Shown: piece by piece, positions 1 to 12,300 of the stretch
Numbering within the stretch: the stretch's first letter is position 1
Layout: each line of letters begins with the position of its first letter
Source: a virus
IMG/VR virus record: IMGVR_UViG_3300046779_002065
Span: 64,276 to 128,275 of that record
Reading direction: 5' to 3' (one strand)
Length of the DNA stretch: 64,000 nucleotides
Notes under the pieces: model-generated
Seen by the model: the letters and a program-made list of their open reading frames with translations, nothing else
What the model was told of the DNA's origin: nothing
Database searches by the model: none
Position numbers and translations under genes: made by a program

Positions 1-332
1 CTCTCCAGGCGAGCTTTCTCTTCTTCGTACGTTACGGCGTCTGCACTCAGGTTGTAATTAATCCCTGACATGTCTTTCATTCCGGCAACATAGCCGACAA
101 CGGGTTCACCGTTCTCGTCCAGGTTAACCAGACTCTCCCCGTTTTCCCAGTCGCCGTGACGGTTTTTAAACTCCGGAGTGTACGCAATTGCCCACATCCG
201 CAGTGCTTGTTCTTTGTCCCCAGCAAGTGCTGGAAGTTCCATGATGTCTTTGAACAGGATAGAGTCCTTGCTGTTTGGTGCAAGAACTCTTGAAATTTCT
301 CCTGATTTGTTACGTATAATACTGCAAGCCAT
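1..332 (-). CDS. N-terminus of a large virion cargo/ejection protein, truncated by the window edge
   Basis: Not in the ORF track. ATG at 332 opens MACSIIRNKSGEISRVLAPN...YTPEFKNRHGDW...LDENGEP with no stop before base 1. It starts 8 nt after the vRNAP stop. The TPxFKxxxGDW..DENGEP motif is common in large phage polyvalent/ejection proteins. Confidence 0.75.
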   Translation of the reverse strand, partial: MACSIIRNKSGEISRVLAPNSKDSILFKDIMELPALAGDKEQALRMWAIAYTPEFKNRHGDWENGESLVNLDENGEPVVGYVAGMKDMSGINYNLSADAVTYEEEKARLE

Positions 333-340
333 TTTTAGTG

Positions 341-3300
341 TTAGTTACATTTTGTTGATTCATCAGTCTTAGACTGAAGTACTTTATCTACCGAGTCAGT
401 TTTGAAGAGCTGACTAAACTCATTAAATATTCCACGGTTCTTTGCTGCCTCATCTGCTGCATCGTTCATCTTGTGACCGCTGTGACCTTTAACCCACTCA
501 AGTTTGACACTTCCGCCGTTTGCCTCGATCATCTCGATGCGCTCGATAGCTTTCTGTACGAGGTATTGGATGTATGGTTCTTTTGCTTTCCAAGGTTTTG
601 GTTCACGCTGAAGAGATCCTTCACTGCGCTCCCAGAGAGCACCGTAGTTTACAGCACCTTTGTAGTCCTGGCGGATAACAATATGTTCGCTGCTGTTCTT
701 AAATGAATCCAGGGTCATCACCAGACCAAGCATCTCCATGGTAGGATTGGAGAACTTAGTTCCAGGAAAGAGAGCTTGAAACGACTTCATAGCTTTGCTT
801 TCCTCTGTTCCGCTCATCTTGTACATCTGACCGTTGAACTCAACAGCTGCTCCATATCCAAGTTTACCGGTCCCTTTAATGTCGCTTCCGTCTACAAAGA
901 TTTCCAGTGGAGTTGCTGGAGTAGAAAGTATTACAGGAGTAGACTGTTGAGGTTGAGTTGCAAGTTGATCCATTATTTTAGCATACTCTTCTTTTGGATT
1001 AACACCGCCTCTTGACAAAATGTGTTTCATTCCTTCTACTGATTGAAACCCATTTTCTTTAAGTTTATTGATAAACGGCAAATATTGTCTGTTTGTTAAA
1101 TCTTCAGCAACAAATACAGCATACTGTAATCTGCCTTCAATTAAATCATTTACTCTATCATTGAAAGACTCAATTTGACTTTTTCTTAATACTTGTGAAT
1201 TACTTATAAAAGTAAAAGAGGTTTTGTCTGCATACTCTTTTAATGTTGTAGAAGAATTAAATTGAGTGTTTAGTACAGCTTTACCTAAGAATGACAGATC
1301 TATTCCTGGATAGAGTTCACCCAACGCTGCGCGATTCACCCGGTCTTCATACTGACCATAGTTTTCACCGACTTGTTTTGGACCCAACACAGCATGCTGA
1401 CGTTCATGTTCCATAACAAAGGTTTCCCACTCTTCATACGATTTAAAAATATCTTCAGGGAATGCCGTTGCATAAGAATTATCACGTTGCTTCAGCGGGT
1501 TTGTCCAAGCTTTGTCGTAGTATTTCTCTCTTAACAAATTACGGTTAAGCACAATGGTGTTATCACCTCTTCTGAATTTAGCACCACCAGGTTCGTTGCT
1601 TCCTTCACGCTCAAGAGATTTTGAATCAATCACCGTGATACCTTTATAAGTACCACCTGTTTCATCAATGCTGTTTATCTCAGGTTTAGCAGTACCTCTA
1701 GCATATTCATTCAGTTTGATTGCCTCATCTACTTCAAACGCAAGTGGATTGATATTAGAGTCACCCTGACGGCTTACTAACTTATACACTGCTTTGTTTC
1801 CGACAAATGGATTGGATGTGTTTACATCTGCTATATCCGCCTGGTCAGGATTTGCTTTGTTGTAGATCTGATCAAGTAACTTAGAACCTAATCCTTTGTC
1901 ATCAACTTCACTGAGGATTAATAAATCTCCATAGGTGTTGGTAACAAACAATGGGAAGCTGTATTTCTTTTCTCCAGTTTCCTTATTTGCTTTACGAGGG
2001 AAAATCTTGTAATGCATTGCAATAGCATCCTGAACCTGTTGTTCTTTAGCATCAGCAGGTTTCATGGAGATCATTACTTCATTGTTTTCATCAAGCAAGA
2101 ACAGGTCATTGTTAGACGGATTTGTTTTACCTTCTTTGACACTTCTGTCCTGGTTTGTCTTATATTCACGTTTACGCTCTGTAAACGGATCATTGAGGTT
2201 CTTTGCTTCAGCAATAATCTTTTCACCCATTCCAGGACGAATGCTTTTGATTGCTGCATGCATAGCTGCTTCACCATACTCCGTAAACTTGCCACGGTCA
2301 TTGCTGTAGTTTAATACTTTCACAGCATTCTCATCTGGTACAGGATTGTAAATACTTACTGCTTTTTGAACAACGTCATCAATCAGTGTATCTACATCAC
2401 CCTTTTCATCTAGAATACTTGCAAACAAACTATTAAACTTGCTTTTGTATTCCGCTTGGTTCTGTGCTTTGGTTTTGCCAAACTCATCCAGTTCATTAAA
2501 CGCTTTCTCAATCTTCTTGAGTTCACCGCTGATTTCTCTAAAGTTATCAGGGTTTAGGAATGGACGCAAGCTGTAAGGTGCTGCTCCCATACCGTCTTTG
2601 ATGATTGTATAATAAAACATCTGGTACGCTGCCTCACGAACTGTCGGATCTGCATTGGTAAGAAGTTGGTCCAGTCCGTTCATGATCATGGTCTGACGAT
2701 CTTTTGACAGCTTCACTTTACTGATGCTGCGCATGATCTTTAACCCTTTGTCAGTCTTATGCGGAACAATAGATTTGATAAATGCGTTTTCAGGAAACTG
2801 AGACTTTAAACGGTTCATGATGTTAAACATGTCGTTGTTGTACCAGTAGTCTGCTTTAAGCATTTGCTGGAAACTCTTGTAACGTGCATACACTACAGGA
2901 GACTTCTCTTTGAACGAAGGATCCGCCAACGCTTTGTTGATGGTATTCTTCAGTGCATTGAGTGCTAAATAGTTCTTGATATGACCAGCTATCTTATCTG
3001 GAGTCGCTTCAAAGATGGCAGCATTTAACTGTCTGCTCAGTTCTTTGATGATAGGACTTCTCTCCAAGAACATCTTACCCAGTACTTCATCCATCAGTTC
3101 AACACTAGCTCCTAGTTTGTTATACACCGGACTTTCGCTAAAGATGTTGTTAAACCCTTTAAATGAACTTGCGTTTCTGTCTCTGCTGTAAGTTTCCATT
3201 AAACGATCTACGGCATTGAAGTCAGGTGCTAGAGATTTCTGTGCGTCGGTTAATGGAGTTAACTCAAAGCGGATTGCTTCAGCCTGTTCGTACTGCTTGA

Positions 3301-6300
3301 TATATGCTGCAAGAATTACGACGTCTTTCATCTCTTGAGTAAGGATGCTTCCGTCATTAGCAACAATCTTTAATCCCAAAGAATCTACGGTAGGATTGTC
3401 ACTGTTTGCTACGTTTGCATCGACATTGTTTACATCGAATTCAAACGTATAGTCACTTAAATCAAATGATTCAGCAAATTCAATCAGACCGAAGTTAGTT
3501 GCCTTTTCCGTCTTTCCCTTCATCTCCAACAGACGTTTAGTCAACGCGTTGTTCATGTAGGTACCCAATGCCATACCATGCTTTCTACTACGACGAACAG
3601 AACCTTCTGTCTCCGCCATGTATTTATCAATGGTGCTTTTTACACTAGGCATCAAATTAATGTAGATGCTCAGGTATGGATCAATACCCAATGATAACAT
3701 CGTAGCTGTTACTCCCATGTTGTACTGGTTAAGAGACAACACGGCAGGATAAGGTTTCTTAGCAGCATCGGCACTCATACCCAGAGAGTTTCCAATCAAT
3801 GCGTGTGCACGCTCTGCGCTTGGATCGGATTTCTCCGGAGTAAAATTCTCATAAACCTTACCGTTGATATTCCACAATGGTTCAGTTAATTCCAATCCAT
3901 GTTTAACGGCAACACTCAATGCTTTATTAAACGCGGCAAAGATTTCAATACCACGCTTTGCACTTTTGTTGGAGTCACGAACATTTGCTACAGACGTAAT
4001 CGTTGCAAAGTTGCTTTGTCCAATCGTATCTTTTTCATCACGACCCAGTGTCTCTACAGCATTCTTATAGATATCTGCGTTGGAAGATTCTTTACTGTAC
4101 AGATTATCAAAGACGTGTTTGTGTCCAAGAATCTGATTCATCGTTTTGGTAATCTCGTTCTGGATATTGGGAATTACCGGAGAACCATTTACTTTCTCGT
4201 AGCTAGCCAGGTCATCGGCAGTCACCGGCATTCCAGAGTTCTGAAGCACGTTTACTACGGCAGCTACCTTCTCCAGGAGACGAAGCTGACGCTGTAGTTC
4301 AACACTTTGTTCATCCTGCTGGGTTTCCATGACCTGTGCAAGATCTTCCAGGGACGTAAATGTCCTACCCAGTGGTGCAATCTTCTTATCGGAAAGCAAA
4401 TCACGGTAGCGGTTCTCCATAGATTTCTCTATGTCAGCCATGGATTGGTTGAAGAACTCCTGCACTTTAGGACCAAACATTGCAGAACTTTCTTTCAAGT
4501 TCTCAATCTGGTATTCCTTATCCTCGCGCATACGACGCAGCTCTTTGCTCACCAGTGGACCAAAGAACGGATCGTCCATCATGTAATGGAGATACTCAAC
4601 GAATTTTGCAGTCTTGGTATCTAACCCATAGCGGTTCTCATATTCAGAATAATCACCATAGATGTTTAGCTCACCCAATACGTTCTCGTACGTACCCATT
4701 ACACGGGCGTACAATGCATCGATATCTTTATCAGAACCAGAGAGGTAATGCACCTGTTCTGGAACAACAATCGTATTGATATAGGTCGCATCAATGTATC
4801 CTGCTACTTTCACGCGCACCATCGAACGTTTATCCTCTGTAGGAATACGTGTTGCAAAGAACTCCTCCATGGATTTCTCAATGACTCTGAGTTTGCTTGG
4901 GTTGGTAGTAGTAGGACGAGGAATCAATACTTCCACGTAATAGTCTTCGTTACCATTTTCGTCAACTGTTTTTCTAAAAGATGGGTAACGGGTTTTGTAA
5001 TTTTTGTATTTACCAGGGTTCTTACGAATCAGGTAGTCTGGAACCGGCTGATCGTTTTCATCCACAATGATTTTATAACCAAAAGAAGAACCGTGGTAGA
5101 ATTTGAAACCAGGTGCTTTTGGTTGGAACATGGTAGAGTTTGCCATGGAGAACACATAGTACTTCAACGCCTCGGTGATCCCGTTCAAGTTGGTACTGTG
5201 TACAGGCTGACCATCCACTACATCCCACATCTTGAGCATGTTTTGTGGTGCACCCTGTTTCTGCAACGACTCTTGGATTAGTTTAAAGAAGCTGGCAACA
5301 TCGATTTCTCCGTCTTGCTTTACAATACGCTCAAACTTCATCCGTGCGTTAAACGACATGTCGCTCAACAGCTTACGATACTTGATCACCAGGTCTTTTA
5401 AGTCTTGAGGAACATTTGGATCCTTTAAGTCTAAGTCTGTATCGATCAACAACTTAGGTTGAATAGAGTCCGTCACATCATGGTGATGCGCTTCCGTAGC
5501 TACCTGGTTATAAGCATAACTCATTGGAATGGTTGCCACGTTGTTTCCTAGATCCCAGTACCCGCTAGCATTTTCAAGTTCTTCTACGCTGGTTACGTAC
5601 GGAATAACGGTACCACGCTTGGAAGCACTGTTGTCAGATACTTGTCCAAGACGGTGGAATTCCATATTGTTCAAAATGCTGTGCAGCATTTCTCTTCCGT
5701 TTATAGGAACAAACTCCTCGTGAATCTTAGTGATTGTATCACGGTAAAGCTGCTCTATTGACTCATTGTTCTCGTTTACTTCTTTTCCCATGTCTAGCTG
5801 ACCTTCATAGAGATCGGCTAGTTTGTATAACTCTGCTACGCGTAAACGCGCTGCTTTGGTATTTGAATCCTTGTAATAGCTTACAGTAAAACGGTTAATG
5901 TAATGCTCACTCATCTTGAGGTAATGAATCGGATGAGCAGTTACCGTCTTCTGTGGATTTAACTGGATACCACGACCATTTAAATATTCAATGTCTTCCC
6001 AGGATACTTGTTTGTAGCGAAGGGAACGAATGATGCTGTCGGCACGTGCGTCTTTTTTACCTTCTGCATTCAAGAAGTTCAAACGGTGATTGAGTCGTTG
6101 GTATACGTGACCATCCAGGATAGAAAACTTCTCTGCATTCTCTACATCGGATTGATTATGAGACTGCGCTTTGGTGATGTCATTTTTATCAAAGAACACC
6201 GGCATCTCTTTTTCTACATCCTTTGCACCTGCAATAGTGATAACAGCGTGTCGGTAGGTAATGTTACCTGCCTGGATCAGCATGCTTGCTGCCTCAGCGT

Positions 6301-9300
6301 TTTTACCAGCTGCCGCCTGAGATTTCAAACGCTTGTAGTAATCTACCGCATTTGCAAGACCCAGTGCTTTGTCACCGTCAAATAACTGATTAACCAACAA
6401 TCGGTTAACCCAGTCATTGAAAAAGTAATCTTTTAAGAACTTATCAGTAGTAGTAATTGAGTTCGCTTTAGATACACCGTTCTCCTTGTAGTTTGTATCA
6501 AAGAATTCACTGCTGTATCCTTCTTTTGTCTTGTTGACGATTTTAGCTTTCTCCATGCTCTCCATGAAGAAATCAAACTCATCCTGAGCATACATATCTA
6601 ACTGCTCAAATAAGCTTGACATGGCAGGCAATGCTAATGCTTCTTCAAAAGATTTACCTTCTTTAGCAGCAGCAATCAGCGTCTCACGCATCTGCGTTCT
6701 GGCAGCTACGTTTTCATCACTGATCGATGTGTCTGTTGGATCAATATCGTTTAAGAAGAAGCTGTCCAATTGATGGAACTGGTATGCTCTGAGTTTAGCA
6801 CTTTCAGTATCCACCGTGTTGTCAGACAAAAGAATACCGTTATAATCTTTGTAACGGAGTTTGTTTTCATGACGTGACGCCCACTGATTACCAATACGAC
6901 TGTACTCTTGTTTAATCAGATCACTAAGACGTTTGCTGATTAAGCTGACTTTCTTGGAATTAACTTCCGTCTTTACAGCTGCATTATTGGTGGTGTACTG
7001 CTCATAGCGACCGGTTGTGTGAAACAACGTTCCGGTAGCGTCATTCTGAGACGTAATACGTTTAAAGGTTTTTAATTCTTTACCTCCGCGTTTGTACGAT
7101 TTACGATCTGTAAACAACGCAAGGTTGGAAAGATGAATACCAATCTTGTCAAGATCTGCGGCATCTGTGTTGATCGATCCGGTGTCGTCGATATTTTGAG
7201 AAAGACCACCGAGGTATCCAACTTTTAAATAATCCAGGAAGAGTTCTCCCAATCCATCCTCTGACAGATATGGGTTGTTATCAAACCAGCTTAGGAACTC
7301 AGGACCATATACCTCTAGGACAAACTGACGAAGTCCCTTTGATTGTACGTCCTGCACAACCTGCATGTTTGGAGAGTACAGGGTAAAGCGGTATATCTTG
7401 TTGCCTGTAGTGTTCATGACCACCGGCTGACCAATCGTTGAGTCATAGCGGGTGAGGTACGTCATGGAAGGTAAGAAACTGGCAACGACGCTTTTACGGG
7501 TTTTGTTATCTTTGTTTTCAAACAATGGAACAGACCCTGTGTAGCTAAACATGTACCACATAGCTTTCAGCATGCTGGTAGTCATGTATCCTTTTTCTTT
7601 AAAGATGTCGCTGTTTGCAAGCAACACTGCTCTGGCGTTGCTACCGTCAGGTAAACGATACCCGCTTTCGGTAATCAATGCCGCCAAAGAGAAATGGAAG
7701 AAGTGACGTGGAATACCAAGTCCTGCTTCTGCAGTGATTACATACAAGTCATCGGCAAACTTGTTCACCTTGGCGTCCGAGAACTCACCATTCTCCAGGT
7801 AAAACTCAGAGATGTTTTTACCATCGTCGCTTAACTCTCTGCTTAGAAGCGTTAAGTCATTCTGGATTTTCTGTTTGTCTTCTGCAGAAAGTGCTGTATA
7901 ATTATTGTTGTATCCGTCAATGATACGGTTGAGTGCCTGGAAGTTATCCTGGGACTGCACCATATCCACGGTGTTTAATTCACTCTTTATAGTGATACCA
8001 CTAATTTCAAAACTTCTGCTGGTTTTAACATCCACACGGGTAATCTCACCACTTGCTACATAGAACACGCTGTGAAACTGGTTGAACATTGCTTCAGAAC
8101 GGGTCGGTTTACCATCTACAATTCCGCAGGTGGTATCCAACATCTTCATCATCGCTTTAAGACTCTCTGCCAACTGATACACGGATTCATATTCCACCGG
8201 GTAACGATAGTTCATGCGACTACTCAAGCGACTCATATTAGACAAGTCTTCTTCCAATGTCTTAATCACTTGTCTGATCTGTGGAAGCAAGTCTTTCTTT
8301 CCAACATTTACCGTGATCTTTTTAACAGTGTCAAACAACCTGTCGGCATCTACCGGGCGACGCATGGTAACGCCAAACATGTCTTCCTGTTCATAAACCA
8401 GGAACTGGAAAATCTTACGGAACTCACGGTCTCCTTCCGAAGTACCTGTTTCCAGTAATCCAAGATCCGGATCCTTTGCACCTGATTCTTCTACATCATT
8501 GTTAGCTTTAGCAAACGCCTCTGCTGTATTCTCACCAGTAACCTGGTCTGAAGCAGCAGCCTGTTCTATCGTATCAATAACGTTCAGATTGTTGTACACC
8601 TCCAGGACCAACGCCTTCATCTGGCGGTAACTTTCTTCCGCACTTTTTGTGTAGGTTTCACCCGTCTCGTTTCCAATGTACTTGTTATCATAGTTTGGAT
8701 CACCTGTAAGGTTTGCTACCGGGAATTTCTCCCCAAGTTTCATAGAACCCAACACGTATCTAAAGTCACGGAGTTTGTTTTCATACGTCTCCCTGATCAC
8801 ACGTTCAGCACTTGGATTCTGACTGATAAAGTTCTCAATGTTATAGTATGACACCATGGTCTTTGCAATCTGATCGTACAAATCAGACGTAGTAATTCCA
8901 GCAGATTTACTACGGAGCATCTCATAGACCATCATATTGCGCAACTCCATCATCTCATCAGCGTTCATACTGTTAGGGAAACGAACAATTTTATCGTTTA
9001 GTAATCCCATGGTAGGAACTGTCTTGATCAATGCATACGCACCTTCGACACCAGTGTATTCTTTTACGGTTGCATTCTTGTAATATCCGTTATGAATACG
9101 GTCGAATGTTTTTTCGAGTTCATCCTTGTGCTTGGTAAAGAAGTCAAGCAACGACTGGATAAGGTTAAATAATTTCTGGTACCAGGTTTCTGCTTTGGTT
9201 TTCTTGGTCGCATACTTCTGGAATTTGTCTGCCATGCGTTCCTCCGCCATCAATTCAATGACTTCGGTGTTGCTCATGTGTGCAAGACCACGACGTTGCT

Positions 9301-12300
9301 TACGGAACTCCGCAATCTGAGATTCAGAGATGATTCCCATCTTCTCGTATTCACGACGTAATAAGTCAGCGCGCTCTTGTGGACTCAACAAATAACGGAA
9401 CACAGCATGGAACGCTTCATGGTAAGCAGTTCCTGGGTTGGAAAGATTCTTACTGAGGTAAATCACTTTGTCCTTGATATACCCCAACACGTTTCCTTCA
9501 GCATCCAGGTGACGGACAATCTTCTCCAAATCGTCAATTGCAATCCCTGCAGGCAGACGATCACGGATGTAATCTACCTGGCGTTGAAATTCATCCTGCT
9601 CAAAGGCAGAACGCTCCAGAGCAGTACCCAAAGAGAAGGTTCCATCAAACTCATCAATGTCATCCAATGGGGTGCTGCCTGCAGCAGGAGTATTGTTTGG
9701 TGCTACACTTGGTTTCTTTTTATCTTCAAATGAAACATTTTCCTCACCAAAGGACGGCAATACTTCATTTTTAGGCATTGTTGCTGCATCTTCCAATGCA
9801 TGCGGGAAGTTGTAATGCAGGTTAAGACGTGTCTTGTAGTGTGCTTTTACAGTGTAATAAGTATCGAGGTTACTGGATTTTGTCGTACGGTCATTAAGTG
9901 CCACAGACGGTTGCAATCCTTGTTTGGATACAAAGAGTTGTTGCATGAACTCTTTCTTGTCACCCATCATACGTTCTGCCATCTCGCGGACGGTAGCATC
10001 TTCGTTATTGAGTAAGGCGTCTATTTTCTTTTCAAAGTTCTTTAACAGTTTCTTTTCCAATGAACTGTACGCCTTTTCAATTTGCTGTTCCAGCATTTGT
10101 ACAGATTCTTTATCGCTGCCATACTTGAGTAATCCGTCCAATTGATCAAACATCTTCTCCATTCCTTCAGGGGTAGATGTATCAGCAGGAAGACCTTCTT
10201 TTTTAAAGAACTCTTCTACCGCGCTGGTGATGTCTTTAAGGACGCTGTCACCAACCAAGAAGCTTAACTTAGACGCATGCTCGTTGAAGAACTCTGCATC
10301 CGGGTGACTGTCCAATGCCGTAAACTGAACACCCAAAAACGTTTTACCGTCCTTGGTCATGTTGACAAAGAAATCAGGTTGGATCTTACGGATAACGTCA
10401 AATCCTAATATGTTGTTATTAAAGTTTCTGTAGTACGGAGTGGTTGCTGTAGTCTTATCAAATCTGCTATAAAACCCAAATAGAGACAACAACGCTTTTG
10501 CTTTGGTAGTTGCATTTGACGGTGTCTTGTCCCTCATTAATGGAACGACTGCATAGCTTCCTGTCCTGGAAGGAACAATCATGGCGTGTTTGTATCCAGT
10601 GAGCTTGCTCAAGTTAGCAATCACTTTACCAGCTTTGGGAAGTTCAAACTTCTCTACGTATTCTTTCCATTTGTATTTAACACCTTCTACCAGGATAAAT
10701 TCACCTGGTCCAAGTAATTCTACCGGCATGTAGGGTGCACCCTTTGTAGAAGACACTGCCTGGAAAAGAAGTGGTAAACGACGTTCCATCACATTACCCG
10801 GATCGTTCTCATTAATTACCGATACGGTAATACCACTCTCATGAGCAGCCAGGAACTGGTCCAGACGCTTGTCTTTTAAACGGTCTTCAAAGTTTACTTT
10901 ATCAGAAAAATCTACAGCATATACTGTATTGGTCAGTTCATAATATTTGTTGAAAAGCTCTGCAGGTATTTGGGTTTCTCCTTTGTCAAGCAATACTTGC
11001 ACTTCTGCTTTGAACTCTTTAAATCGACGTGCACCATCGCGAAGCATTTGAAGATCTTCCAGTGATGTTGGACGTATGGTGGTCTCTGTTGTACCTACGC
11101 CTCCACGCACCTGGGTGAGCGTAGCAAATAAACTCAAGTCTTCCTCATTCTCCAGGTCAAGTAAACGAGTCGTGTTATCCGGATAAACAACCACGTAGTT
11201 ATTAAAATCCATCAACGTTACAGTCTTACCGGTAGGAGAGACCATACGAATGGCAAACCCATCGGTCATACGACCACGCGTAAGAATGACCTTACCACTT
11301 TGTAATGCCATGATTTGTGCAGGCGTCTCCCGGGTCTCGATGGTACGGTTTGCTAAACTTGGGTATTGATCCGTAGCATTCTGGATCATTTGCATACGGG
11401 ATGCGTTACGCTGTGCACCCGTGCTATCAGCAATGATAGTAACCAGATTGGATGGAGAAACATTTGCACCGGAGAGTTCTTCCGTAAATGCGTCGACATC
11501 TTCCCCGATCATAACAAGTCCCGTGCGCAGTTCACCTGCGTCTACAAGAACAGTAGCACCGTCGTTTGCAATAAAACGCGTATTTGGTACATTAAGTTTT
11601 TTAGGTTTTGGATTGTTGTCAAGTACATAAAGCTCTCCTGTAGACTGGAGGTTCTCATCAGCATAGAAATATTCTTCCCCTTCACGGATCAGATCCACCA
11701 CGGTACCATCACTCAAGTACACCTCGTAGTGATTGGTTCCAAATCCTGGTAACGTACGCAAATCCACATAGCTTGCCATGTTGTTGCTATTACGAACCAG
11801 TGCAATGGCATCTTCTAACTTGCGTACAAAATCGCGTCTTACTCTTTTGTCCTCAATAGAGTTGTTTACTTTGTCCAGTGCGTTTCGTAAAATCTTTTCG
11901 CTGTTCAGTTCATTGGTTTCATTTAAACCAGCGTCCAGTACAGCACGCTCCCTGACAATCGTATCGATAGCATTCTTAACCGCACTGTGACGTTTGATCA
12001 CAGGGGATTCCAATGCTTCAGACAATTGTGCAGCAAGTTCTTTAGTACGTTTATTTTGGGTGGTCTCTTCGCTGCTTGTAATACCTAGGTGTTCCTGGAG
12101 AAGGTTTAACGCCTGGGTAAAACGATTTGCATCCAGACTGGTGTCATTTACCAGTGGATACACGGTCGCATCAATAAAACTATCCAGCTTGTTCAGTTCA
12201 AAGACTGTAGACTTCTTGGATAATTGTTTGTACAACTCGCTGTAAGCAATGATAATATTGCTCTTAGCTTCGTCGGTGAGATTAGTCAGCTTAACAATAT

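Noticed and set aside
1-9. CTCTCCAGG at the window start and again near the end (63984-63992)
   Set aside because: Only 9 nt, and the first copy lies within a CDS; consistent with chance.
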